Shown: one piece after another, positions 38,806 through 54,239 of the stretch
Numbering within the stretch: position 1 is the first letter of the stretch
Layout: each line of letters begins with the position of its first letter
Source: Takakia lepidozioides
Lineage: Eukaryota > Plantae > Bryophyta
Reading direction: 5' to 3'
NCBI GenBank assembly: GCA_030704615.1
Contig: CM060734.1
Location: 34,968,001 to 35,032,000 of the forward strand
Length of the DNA: 64,000 nucleotides
The notes under the pieces: model-generated
The model's database searches: none
What the model saw: only the letters and a program-made list of their open reading frames with translations
Told to the model about the DNA's origin: nothing
Made by a program: the position numbers and the translations under genes

Positions 38806-40493
38806 TGTTGGTTTTCGGCCATATTTGTTTTTTCCTGACTGCCCTGGAAATTTGAAAAGGACTTGGCTTATACCTACTTGTACAAATGAGCCTGATAACT
38901 TAGGGGCCTGATAAGTTGTGAGAGCTGTTTCCATATCTTTAAGAAAAAAGAAAAAAGAACACTTGGTTGTGGGATCTCACAATAGAATTATGTTGCACCG
39001 TGCAACTTTGGTGGGGTTCGCATTCACCTTTTCAAACCTTTCCAAGTATGATGGGGACCAGTGTTTGTTTGCCTGCCGAATAATCGCTAGATTTCAACCT
39101 GAGATATGTGTCAGCTACCTGTACAAAAGAATTATTTGATAGAGCCCACCCACCGAAAGGGGCCGTACCCGCAAGGGAAGAGGCTCTTATTTACGCTAGC
39201 TTCGGTTGGCATCATATATATACATACAAACGACGAAAGATTCGCCAAAAAGTGCCAGCAGTTGAGTATCAGAAGCCTGATTTTACCATCATGGACCCGT
39301 TAAAACATGCCACCTAGTTTTTCTTGCCACATAGGCGCTGGATACAATTCACATGTGGCCCCTCTGGCAATTTTGGAAAATGAAAAACAAACAGTGATGG
39401 GGAAGTATTTCAATGTATCAGCGCAGTTGGGCAGGAGACCCAGCTGTTAGAGAATGATAAGCAGCATCATCATGACATCTTTGTTTGCGATACCACATCG
39501 GTAGGTGTGTAAGTTGGCACATTCGAAACATGGGGGGCTACGCATTCGGAGACCATGAGAATCTCATGGACCATGCTATCAAGGCCTCCAAGGGATACTC
39601 CCACTAAGACCCTCCAACTCAATTTCTGTAAGGCTTTCGTTATGAAAGACCCAATTGACTGTACAAGAGTTACCTTGGTACATACTTGGAATGTCCTTTG
39701 AAATGAAAATCGAAAATGCTTGGATCTCCAATCCAAGGAGACGAGGGCAGGGAGGCCACGAAGGTCATGTGGCATAGAAAACAAGTGATACGCAGCACCA
39801 GTCAGTTCACTTGCTGCAGTGCACTGCGGTGGGCCTGCACACAATTCGTACCATTCCTGCCAAACTCAGTACAACAACACTCTGCATGGGGCCCACTTCT
39901 CAGCTTGCTGTTTTTTTCAGTGAACCACAGCTTTCCCGTGGGGGATCGATCCTCTCATGGTCATAGGCCTTAGACATGGTTATTTTTTCCATGTCCTCTT
40001 AGTAAATTTGGAAGGGCCTCGGACCTCGGATCCCTTTTTTGTGTTGTATTTGTATTTTAAAGTAAGTAAGTGTGATGACAGAGTGATTGTGTGTGCTAGC
40101 GACCGCCGTAGCTTTTGAGAGTGGTTCCACGTCACGGCAAGTCAGCCCCCGTGGATGGTCTGACGAGCGTTGAATCGCGCCAGACGAGGACCCCACGGCG
40201 GGCGCATGGACAGACATAACCGCCATATATTCGAGCTGCGCAAGGAGGTTTGTGCAACGGAGATTGCCTCGCTCCTCTCTGCTCCTGAGGCTGAGCTCTC
40301 TGCCGGAACCCACTTAGAAATTCTGAGAAGCAATTCATAGTCGCCCCTCAATCTCCTTTCATCTAAACCGGCATCTGTCTCTGTTTGGGAATAGCATTCC
40401 TGTGTAGCTTTTCTTTTCAAGTGGAACGCGGTGCGCGTATCGGATTGTTGAGGAAAGCCGGTGTTTTCAATCGGGTGGTACGTTGGGTGCAAG

Positions 40494-43202
<2,709 letters not shown>

Positions 43203-44904
43203 TCATGCTGTTCGACTTTTCTATTGGAGGAATGTGGTTATACACCATCAGTATCAATCTGATGCACATGGACATGGACATGTTAAGTGTATGCTTGACT
43301 GCAGTGTCATGCCGAAGTCATTTGGACCACAGTTCATTTGCTTTGTAGGCTATTCAACATGCATTGAATATTTTAGAGAGGCGTATGGAACATTCATTGT
43401 AGTTGATTCAAAGATGTGTAAATTGACATCCAAGAATGCAAGGACTGTGAAAAAATGTCGAAATGTGGCTTTTTGTTCAATGGTAAACTTTTCTCCCTGT
43501 TTCAAACCCACCTCTCTCTCCCCATTAAATCTTATTCCTCCACAACCAACTTGAATGGCAATGAGCACTTGAGACAAGCCAGCATTGGAGCAGCAATTGC
43601 TGCATGTGCCTGCAATGAAGTCCCTCCATGATGTATTTAAGGAAGGACATTGGGAGATGAAAGGCAGTATGCTGCATCACATTTCACTGGCAGTTGCTTG
43701 TGCTGCTGAGGATCACCACAGCTCCAGTAGTTTAGGACACAGAGGCTTCGGCCAATGTCGAGCGTGGGTGAGTTTTGCACGCCCAGATGGATTTCTGTCC
43801 TTTCCATCTCAATAATGGCATCATTGCTACCCTTGCAGCATGCGCACTGCTATGGCTGTTTGCAACCTGTAGTACCCTCGAATCTGCAACCTTAGGCAGG
43901 TGTTTGGAACCATTAAAGGGTCTCTCCATTTTAAGCTCACCTTTCCATTGCTTGGGCATCGAATTCCTGAATATATTGTGATGAAACCCTGTAAGACTTT
44001 ATTTACGACACACGTACAATGGGTGAACGTACATACGATGAGAAGTTCCCAAAAGAGGGACATGGACAATCCATACCTAGCTGTAGCATTGACTGCTGTA
44101 CAAAGTAAAAAAGTGTTTGTACCTTGTAAACAGCACCATAGCTCCCTTGACCTAGCTTTGCATCTGGATGAAATTCTCTGGTAGCAGCCTTAAGTTCATG
44201 CTACGCAAAGATTGTAGGCTGCACTTCGAACTCTGTAAATTCGGTGGGAAGTGACACAACGAAAAATTTCCAAAGTAACTTCATGTCAACAAATTCTCTT
44301 CGATGCAATTGCAGTGATATACCCAGATCTATTATATGTTCTCAAAAGAACACTAGGGGTGGGGGAGATAAGGATGAGATTCGAGGATTAAATTGGTAGC
44401 AAAACATAGATTCTTAGTACACATTTCTTCCACTTGCAGCGCTGATACCATATTAGAAGCAGACAAAATACTCAGCATCAGCAACCAAGTATGCACGCAC
44501 TTGGCAATAGCAGTTAATACACATACAAGGGTACTTCCAGTACTTCGGCAACATTGTGTTAAAGCATAAACACTCACACTCTGGGAGACACCTCGCATGA
44601 GTGTGTGCAACACATGACCATTGCCGACACAACAAAGATCCTTACAACGTCCTTAGGCAAGGACTCACTCTTCTCTGCGGCCAGAGAATAACTCACAACC
44701 CACTTGACTCTACTCTTAAGTTAGACATAGAACAAGACAGTGGAAAGCATAGCCTCCTTTCCCTCTTGGCAACAGCTAACCTAAGCGGAAAAACTAAGTG
44801 TGATGATTAGTTTCAAGAAGCTGGATTCAAATCTGCCTACAGATCACGGGGTGCCTATATACGCCCAACACTATACACCGTATACCGCAGAGTCTATTCT
44901 TTAC

Positions 44905-46200
44905 ACTCCCACTCGAGGTGAAGTGCTGTGATCTTCAATGCGAGCTTCAGTAAGACCCAGCATCCCCTTTAGTTGTTCAAAGCGAGGCTTCGGCATTGGC
45001 TTGGTCAGTAAATCAGCAAGATTTTCTCTGAGGCGATGAACTCCAGTCGAATTGTACCGCGAACATGCTCATCTCTTATCTTGTGATACTGTACATCGAT
45101 ATGCAGCAATTCGGGTCAGATGGGATCGCAAGAGGGGTTGCATTATCAAAACTGTCCTTGGCCAGAAATCTATCACATATCTGGACTGCTCAATCTGCAG
45201 GGTTCTTTTGGCTCTGTCTCGTGTAATGCGCCGTAAGCCTACGTAAAACTCGGGATTGCAACTAGTTAGTTTGAAGGCTTTGCCCATGTAGCCTATCATT
45301 GTGGTGACTCCGGTGGTTGACACACTACAGATAATTCCGTCATCTACAAAAATGATAAGGATGAGTCTGGGATTGGCTGTGCTAAGATATACACAAGGAT
45401 CGGCTGTAGTGGGAACTAGGCTATATTCGGTCAGGATATCGTTAAAACGCTGATTCCAGACTCTACTTGACTGTTTCAGACCATACAAAGCTTTGTTCAA
45501 CTTACAGACTTTAATACAAGTGGAAATTGATCTTCGAAGCCGAGGGGGGGTGCCATGAAGATGTCTTTGGTTATCTCCCCGTGCAATAAGGCTATGGTTA
45601 CATCGAATTGGGTCATCTCAAGATCCTCCGTTGCTGCAATCGACAAAATTGTGCGGATAGAGTTGAATTTCACTACAGGGCTGAATCGTCTCTTCATAGT
45701 CAATTCCTTCCTGCTGAGTAAATCCCTTTGCCACTAGTCTTGCTTTGTAGTTCGATGTTACCTTGCAGATTGTGTTTTAACTTGAATATCCATTTGTTCC
45801 TGATGAGATTTCTTCCATTAGGCAGGTTACAAACAGACCATGTGTTGTTTTCAAGCAAGGCATCATACTCTGCCTGCATTGCATCTCTCCAGCTAGCTGA
45901 TTGCGGTGACTACAAGGTGTCATGCATAGTAAGGGGTTCTTGCGATACTGTGCTAGGGTTGGCTTATGCTACGTAAGCCTAGTCACCGTACCGGTCGACT
46001 GGCTTCCGCTCTCTGCCGTTGTATGGAGGTACCGTTACGAATTCTCCCACTGTAGGAATGGATTCGGCTGCTACTGCTTGTCCGACTCCCACTATTTGTA
46101 TAGCCGATACTGCAACTCCAGTTGACTCTATTTCGGCTTCCTGAGCTGGCACTGTAAGCGGTTGGGATTCTGTGCACGTCGGCTGCTCTGGCCAACATGC
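44905..46200 (-). mobile_element. Ty1/copia pol remnant (RT and end of RNase H)
   Basis: AMQAEYDAL..NTW, KGFTQQEGIDYEETFSPVV, QFDV, KALYGLKQSSRVW, IFVDDGII, LADLLTKP. PPT-like GAGTGGGAG next to TGTAA at ~44904. Confidence 0.9.
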
Positions 46201-47039
46201 TGATGGCATCGGGAAGTCGGTGGTTATGTCTTATTCTCTTTGAATTGATGCGAGTGAGTAGATCTTCATGACAACATAGATACCTGCTGTGGAATGGGAT
46301 AGAGGGAGGATGGATAACAAAAAAAAAAAAAAAAAAAAAAATCTAGTCTGATAATGAGCAAGCTAGGATCACCCAAGGGGAATGTGTAGCTCATCTCTTG
46401 GAGACGCTGAAATGGGCACTGTGCACTGTTTTACACAGATTTGCAGTCAGAAAAAGAGGCTGGCAGGGGTGGGATCACATGAAATAGAGTCACCTGCTAA
46501 CTCGAGGATATGACTTAGAGGGTTCAGTGTGGATGTTTGAACCAGTGAAGAGCACCTCCAGAATTAGTAAATGTGTATCCTACATGTGCAACGCACTACT
46601 AATGTGGGATGGATTTGTGCATAGATCCCTGTAGGCATGTGCAATGTCCTCTTCTTGAACTGAGTTTCTTTTATTGCAAGCAACGACCATACAGGGTTTT
46701 CTTTCTTCCGCTGCAGCTTTGTATGGTTAGCTAGTCCTAGATCTCTGACATGATTGAATGAAACATAGTTAGTAAGCCCACTTAAGTGAGGGCCCCTTTT
46801 TTCATGCTACACTAATGCTAAATCTAGTAAATTACTGACTCGGACTGATTGCATAGACGGTAATAGGAGAGTTGCACTACAGATTTGACACCCCCCCCTC
46901 AGTCCTCAGACAGCCAGATGCTATGCTTTCAAGATGTCGAAGACGAGAGGAATGCAAGGTGCTGGAGTGGAGCAGATGTCACGAGTTAATTCTCATGTGT
47001 TGATTTCTCTACGAAATAAAAGAAGCTATGCTTCTCGTT

Positions 47040-47365
47040 AGCTTTTACCCCCCTCCCTCTGTTATACTGCACATTCCAAGCCTTTCTCTAAACTTCTCCA
47101 ATTTGATCAGTCCCAACGGCTTTGTGAAAATATCAGCGACTTGTTAGCAAGTTGGCACATGAATTAGATCAATCTCCTTGCTTTCAACCTTCTCGCGTGG
47201 TGCACTTTGATATGTTGTGTCCTTGCATGGAATACAGGATTTCTGGCAATTTTGGCGCTACTTTGGTTGTCACACAGGAGAACGGTCGATCCTTCTCCCA
47301 AGATTCCGATTTCCTCCGAGAGTCTCCTTAGCCAAGTTGCCTCCTTGGCAGCTTCAGTTCTACAG
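47040..47365 (-). mobile_element. Second Ty1/copia RNase H remnant
   Basis: EAAKEATWLRRL..LLCDNQSSAKIARNPVFHARTQHI..VADIFTKPL. PPT-like G-run followed by TGTCAAA at ~46890. Confidence 0.85.
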
Positions 47366-50261
47366 CTTGACGACATTCATTTCTCCATTCGCTGTTATGG
47401 CGTGAGGAGTCTGTAAGTAGAAGGGTTTATTGCCAAAAGAAGACACTGATGTACAGATGGACTATACCGGGCAACCAAATTTGGGGGTGGGCATAGTTTG
47501 TACGCATTTACTCTCATTTCAACACTGGCCGCAAATCGTTTTCAGACATAAACTCGAGCAGGAATAACCACGAACACCATCTGTGCGTTTTTCTTAGCTA
47601 GCTTTCATGCCCGAAGACATATCCATATCTACCAAGTTACCTCGGGAACAAAAGAGCCCAGTCGTGGTTTTGCGGCCCAGTCCTGATTGAGGCCGAGATC
47701 GATGGTTGTGTGACCTGCTTTCTTTTCGCTAGTGATTGTGACAGGGCAACTTTGGATTGTAGCCCAATGCATTGAAGTACATATACATAAATGTTAGTGT
47801 GATCCGAGCTTGTGACATCCACACAGTGTCGTCGCACACAGGATGCGTAAACCACACTAATCCCTAAAGGCCGAGTACCGAGATCCTCATCAGTCCCGAG
47901 GAAGAATCGGAATGAATATGCAAAGCTCCATGTCCTCCACAATTGCCCAGCCAGAGTGGACGTCACGTAATCGTCGTCCTCCAATGCCACACCATCTCTA
48001 AGTCATGCGAACCCAGTAGACTTCTGTCGTTGATGTTCGCGGAGCCTGTCAACACATCTCGATCGTCACCTATCGTGTAGCTTTATCTTTGAGGCCCGAG
48101 TGTATTATATAGGCGTTGCAGCAAGGAGTGTTGTCCCCGACAGATTGCTCGACACCGGTTGTGATCGTATTATCACCATTTAGACCTGAAATGAAGAAGT
48201 GGTTTTCAATGTAGACAAAAGACTGGGCTTATTCTATGAGCGAACAGTATGCTGCATGGATTCTATTCTCCTCTTTCCTTCCGACCATTGCCCAAACTTC
48301 GTATCACTTGGCAACGGCATGGTACACGGGGTCCAACATCACCAATTGTCTCCAACTTTGAAACCTGCCCAGGTTCACACCTCCCACCACTCCCTTTCCT
48401 TGCCTCATGCGTCTCCATTCTCTTTACTTAATTGCCCCTTAAGCCTCACTGCTGCCCGCTGGTGAGTACATTTATCCATGTCTGGATCCTCCACGAAGCT
48501 CTGCAAGCAGCCTTGTCAAAGAAGCCTAGGCTAGTTATGACTTTTTTTATGGAGCGTTTGCGGGCGTTTGTTTTGCTTTGCTTTGTGTCTCCCTTCTTGC
48601 TTGTTTGCTCACAAGTGTAGGGATGGTAGTGCCCCCTGCCGCTCTCCCTAGTGTGCAGGCGGAGGCCATACCCAAGGCCATGTCTTCTCTTTGTGATGAA
48701 TGGACGGGAAGCCCTACGGTATGCAACAGACCAAAGGGGTAGGCTGTGTGTTTGTGTCTGGTTTGAAAGCATCATAAAACAGGGAAAGATTTGGGAGGGG
48801 AATGGGAGGAGAGCATCGTGGTGGCCACTACCATTGTAGAATGCTAACTTGTATAGTAGGAATTTATAAATATGATTGCTGGCCTTTCAGTTTTTCTATC
48901 AAAAGCTTCTGAACCATGGGAGAAATTTGAAACAAGAAATTTCCCCACCCACAGGATATTAGAGCTTTCAGCATTTTCTCAAGCCTGTCCAATGTAGTGA
49001 AAACAATGGCTTTCACTTAAGACTATGGAGGAGTTCCTCTCAATGAGAAGACTACCCGTTGCATTGCAACAGAAAACTTACGACATTGTTACACCAGACC
49101 CAGAAAACGGCATCCACGATCCCATTGGGGGGTGGGGTTTACAGTACAGATGTAGGCAGCACACTATCAATGTGAACTTCAGTACAGTTCATATGGTGGT
49201 TCAATCTCACCATACACCCAGGGTTCCCTCAGGGATGTGAGTTTCTGCTAGTGTCCTTTTCCTTGTAAGAGAATGCAACAGGTACCAAAAATCTTTGCAT
49301 GGTTGCTAAGGCCAGAGTCGTCAGAAACAAAAAGGTGGAGAACCCAACTAAGGTGTCCAAGGAGTTGGAGTGGGCGAGGTGTATTGCAGTGGAGGTGGAA
49401 CGAAGGTAAGAAAAAACTTTTTGTTGATTCCAGAAAATGTGTTATGATTCAAGGCTACAGAGTCATGTATCTGTCAAATTGGTGTTTTATGCACATTTTG
49501 GGGTTGACTGTAGGGTCCACGCTTAGACTTTGTGGGGCCAACGCCAGGGAGCACAGCTGTGGTAGCACTGAGTCCTGATAAGTATCTACTGGTGGCCAAC
49601 GCCGGAGACTCACTTTGTATCATGCCACCATGGCAATGTATAGTATGTAGCTTCTTCTGCGTATGTGTGCTAGGAGCAGGGAAGAGAGAAGAGAGAAGAG
49701 TGGCATGATAGATTAATAAAAGGTTGACGGCACAGAAATTGGACAAATTTTGCTTCTGTGGTCACTGATCCAGCGTTTTGTAGCTTTGTTGAAATCAACA
49801 GTCTTGTCTATACAAAAAAAGGATTCTAATGGCTGGTGGATTCATCCATGGTCAGCGCTTAAATGGTAGCCTGAATCTAACTAGAGCCATAGGTGGTTTG
49901 TGATACAGTGACTTCCTAGGGGAAGAAACTGTGTGTGGGTTTGTTGGATGTTTCAAGTTTTCTTCAAAGTATGTTTGTGCCATTGTGTGTAACTCCAATT
50001 TTACGTCTGTCCATATGCAGGGAGATACTGCAGTCAGACCTTGACCATGACCATTGCTTTTGAAAGAAGACCCAGAAATGGAGTCAACAAGAACTCTGTT
50101 GGCACTTGTGGGAATGTGATGACATTATGTAAGGTGGTAAAACTAAAAGAGACACTTCAAATTTTGAACCAACAAGGCATTTAGCAGATGCCAATATTTA
50201 ACATCTGTCTCTTGTAGGAGTGTATCAAAATAAAAGACCTAGAAACAGGAAAGCAGGTACC

Positions 50262-50562
50262 CACCACGGTCCCATTGGACCGTGATGAGTCCCAAGACTC
50301 CCCACGACTCCCACCACAAGGTCTTCGCCCCCATGGTGAGTCCTATGCTACCCCCACTAAGTCCTACTAAGCTACCACCACCCTTCATGGAACCACCCCC
50401 ACCGCAACCCGGTGTGTGGGGCTCCACCTAGTGAGCGCCTCCGCTTCCTTGGGCACTCAAGGGTGCTTCAGCCCCCCGCATCTATTGTTGCCACTGCCCC
50501 CACCACAGGGGCAGCCCCTCTCGTGTCCCGACCCCCTGCCCTCAAGGCAAAAGACCGCAACA
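50262..50562 (+). repeat. Partial copy (right half) of the LTR found at 54569-55292
   Basis: Matches ~54986-55292 and ends CCGCAACA (vs CCGCGACA). Confidence 0.9.
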
Positions 50563-52108
50563 TACAGGATCTGGAGGTAGAAAGAGACATTTTTTTGTGA
50601 GGAATTTGGGATGTCTAGCCGCATGGTCCCTACTGTGAGGGAATTTCTTCATTTTCCGACCTCCTCGTATCGAACACTTGAGTTGTGCCCCGAGCTTTGA
50701 ATCTTATCTTGTTGGGGCAGTTTAATGCTATGTGATCATCTTCTCCGCAATAAAGACATAAACCCTAAAGCGCCATTTTTGTTTTTCTTGTGGCGTCAAT
50801 GGCTTGAATCAGACAGCATCAATCTGCAGATGATCATTACCGGATGTCTGATGGATCGTTGTGTTTGGTGTCGTAGTAGCAGCGGCATGGTGCGTCGTCG
50901 ACCATCCAGATCGCTTCTCTTGACGTCTTTCGAACAAACGATTATCGCATGCAATGACTTAGGTGATGAATTCGCTCAGTGTATTCACGTTTGGCATTGT
51001 CAGCAACAAATTTTTTATATCATCTTTTAGGCCACATCGAAACTGACTAATGAGGCTCTTCTCATTCTAGTCGAGGTCGCACGCAAGTTGTCAAAATTCG
51101 GCAGCATAAACGGAAGCTGGACGTGTTCCTAATCGAAGATTTCGCATCTTTGTCTCTGCAACTCTCTCTCTATCATTCTCTCCAAACGTTGCAGTGAACT
51201 CGGACATGAACGCTTTAAAATTGTATAGTAAATGCGAATTTTTCTCTAATAGCGGTGCAAACCAAGATATGACAGTGTCTGATAGAATGGTGCCCACGAA
51301 TCCCACTTGAATACCTTCATCAGGGTAGCGTTGTGGATGTACATGTAGTCGTAGGAATAATCGTACTTGTTGAACAAAACCGCGAAATCTGGATCTCGTC
51401 CCATTAAATTTCTCGGGCATGCTGACCTTTGGTTTCTTTGTAATCTGTTGAAGATTTGGATGAACCGTTGCAGTATGAGTTGTTATAGTAAGGACTCGTA
51501 AGGTTGCAGATCTATTGTTCGACTCCTTCAACTCTGAAATTTGTTGTTGCAAATTGTTGAGAGCGTTGCCAAGATCTTGAGACTGATCAGCTTGGAGTTG
51601 GGCAGTAGAGGTACGAAGTTCTTGCATCTGGAGCTGAAGACTCTGCAATGTGACGACCATTTTCGCAAATGTGCCTTCCATCTTAATTAACTAAGGAACA
51701 AACTTTAGTCTCGCCAAACTGTCAAGGACGAGAACATGACTGAACACAAACAAGAGATCAGACTAGAGGTACAAAACTAGACAAGAAGTCAAGGTCAGCA
51801 TGGCCGAATGCATGATGAGTAAATCTTTATAACAATGAACAAGAGTACAAGACATTGGAATGCTACTCGAATAATGGAATTCTAGAAACTGGACGGAGTA
51901 CCACATACTAGAAACTGGGCTAGAGTACTGGGAACTGGACTAGAATACTGGGAACAGTAGCTTGAACTGGTGTTGGCGAGACTGAAGAGTGTCCAGTCTC
52001 ACCTCTTATATATACTGGCTACTAGGAGGTTCCCTAAGAGGCTTCCCCAAATGAGGTTTCTTGATGGAGAAGTTTCCTTAAACAAAGGAGGTATCTTGAT
52101 GGAGAAGT
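50563..52108 (-). mobile_element. Truncated second copy of the Tcn1-like chromovirus (part of 5' LTR, PBS, gag, start of pol)
   Basis: Collinear with ~7830-9390. LTR edge TGTCAAGGAC at 51720. Same PBS. Gag MEGTFAKM at 51681. Confidence 0.93.
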
Positions 52109-52559
52109 CACTAGAAGCATGCGTGTCTTTTCCGAATCGACTGGGTGTCTGCCAACCACTCCGAGAACCACTTGGCAGTAAGCGAGACTACTGGAGAGTC
52201 GAAACGGACAATGTGGGGCCACGGGGGCATTTCAAACGGCAGGCAGAAGTGGGGTCAACAACTCCAGAGTCGTAGAAAAAATCCGGGCTATTTAATTAAT
52301 TACGTAAATACATAAAATTTGAAAAAGCGGAAATTACAAGTGGTTCTAATTACTGCACATGCGACTAGAAATTTTCATTCATAATTCGATTAATGAAATA
52401 AATAAATAAATTTATTAAAGTGAATATGTAGTCGACTCAACGACTCCATGAACCACTGCGCATTGATTGCACCCGTGATTCGCGGCCACATTTGCTGGTG
52501 TGTTTCACAAAAACATGCAAACAAAATCTGGCCTTGGGGGCTTGCATTACTGCCTCCAC

Positions 52560-52790
52560 CTGGAAGTGACATGGAAGGTCCATGGTGACATCAAGAAAGC
52601 TGGAATTGTAGGGTTTATCAATCTGAACACTGCCCTGGTGGACATGTATGCCGAATGCGGGAGCATTGAAGATGCAAAGGTAGTGTTCGACTGTGGCTCA
52701 ACGAGATGTGGTGTCGTGGAATACGATGATCACATTGGATGTATGCATGACTTGTGCAGAAGCAGTGATAGCTGAAGGAGCAGGATAGAA
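52560..52790 (+). pseudogene. PLS-class PPR fragment (inverted relative to the adjacent PPR)
   Basis: KVHGDIKKAG..NTALVDMYAECGSIEDAKVVFD..RDVVSWNTMI. Confidence 0.8.
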
Positions 52791-52829
52791 TGTGGGTCCA
52801 TATTCATCCAAGAGGGTCGGAATTCAAGC

Positions 52830-53430
52830 TCCAGATTACCTATGGATGAGGCACATGCATTGAGAACACAAATAAATGTGACTTTGTTGGGGCTCACTCC
52901 TTCGCACATCATTTGCTCAAAAATCTCCAAAGCCTCCCTACCACACCCATGATACATGTTGAGCATATCCTGCAATCATAGCATTCCATGAGAACATATC
53001 TTTTTCAGTCATCTTGTGGAACACTTGATGTGCATCCTTCATACTCCCACATTTGGCATACATGTTAACAAGCGCATTATCCAGATTAATACATAGTCCA
53101 ATTCTAGCTTTGATGATCTCAGCATGGATCTCTTTGCCATTTTCCAAAGCTCCAAGGCTGGCACAAGCCTTGAGAATGCAGATGAATGTAACCCTGTTGC
53201 GTGTCACCCCTTCCTGTATCATTTGTTCATAGATTTCAAAAGCTTCCTTACCATGCCCATGTTGGGCGTATCCTGATATCATCATAGTCCAAGTAAACAC
53301 ATCTCGTTCAGGCATTAGGTCAAACACTTGACGTGCATCCACCACGCTCCCACACTTGGCATGCATGTTGATAAGCGTGTTCAAAAGAAAGATGCCTGGC
53401 TTGAATCCACTTTGGATTATATGGGCAGTG
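52830..53430 (-). pseudogene. PLS-class PPR protein fragment (RNA-editing-factor type repeats)
   Basis: NTLINMHAKCGSVVDARQVFDLMPERDVFTWTMMISGYAQHGHGKEA..VTFICILKACAS, with a second P-L-S triplet. Frameshift near 52950. No start codon and no E/DYW domain. Confidence 0.92.
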
Positions 53431-53431
53431 C

Positions 53432-53965
53432 ATGGATGCCATGGACTCAAGGGTGAAGACAGCCACAGCTGCACCATGGCAAGCGACAACTACAAGGTTG
53501 CAGGAGTTTCCAGCTAGACCAGCCATTGAGCATAGTATGGTAACTCCTGGGGTAGTCCTGATGGACAATCAGGATGGTGTGTTTCAGTTGGGTGGCCCAA
53601 CCGGGAGGAGGTATAGACCACTACAGGTCTTGTTGGACTCGAGAGCACAGCCATTGATGTTGGGGAGAGCAGCAATTGTAGGCTTGGGCCTTACAGAGGC
53701 GGATTTGGAGCCTTACCCTTTCCAAATTCAAACATCTTTGGGTGGTTCAAAGAAGGCGCGAGGGATTACACGCCATGAGCTCTTCATTCGATTGCAGCCG
53801 GATCACTTTATGGACGGCTCAGTCATGAGAGCTAAAACCATTGTTACGGACGCAATGTCCTATGATGTGCTTGTTGGTGGGGCGGTGTTATACCCCATGG
53901 GATTCATTTTGGACTTTTGGGAGAAAAACGACATCCTACAGGCCGGAATGGTAGTTAGGAGATAG
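53432..53965 (+). pseudogene. Retropepsin-like aspartic protease of a Ty3/gypsy pol
   Basis: VLLDSRA (DSGA with G>R; Asp codon at 53636), flap-like QTSLGG, and YDVLVGGAVL. Confidence 0.8.
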
Positions 53966-54239
53966 TGAGCTCTTGGAGGGCAATAGCCATGCAGATGATA
54001 GGCCATCACCTGATGAGGACAAACAATTGGCATACAAGGCTGATTTGCTTCCTCATGTGCCTGTACATATTCCACTGTGGGGTACGGTTGGGAATTTGCA
54101 TCGAGTAGCAGACAAGTGTGTGCACCAAGCATGGCAGGAGGCTTTTCCATTGGTGAGTGAGGGGAGTTCAGCGGCGTCACTTGGACCTCCTGAGTTAGTT
54201 CCTTTGGACACAGTGCCCATTACCTGGCAACCACCTGAC

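Noticed and set aside
39560-39720. LRR-like peptide SLTEIELEGLSGSIP on the minus strand
   Set aside because: A single degenerate repeat with stops nearby; not enough to call.
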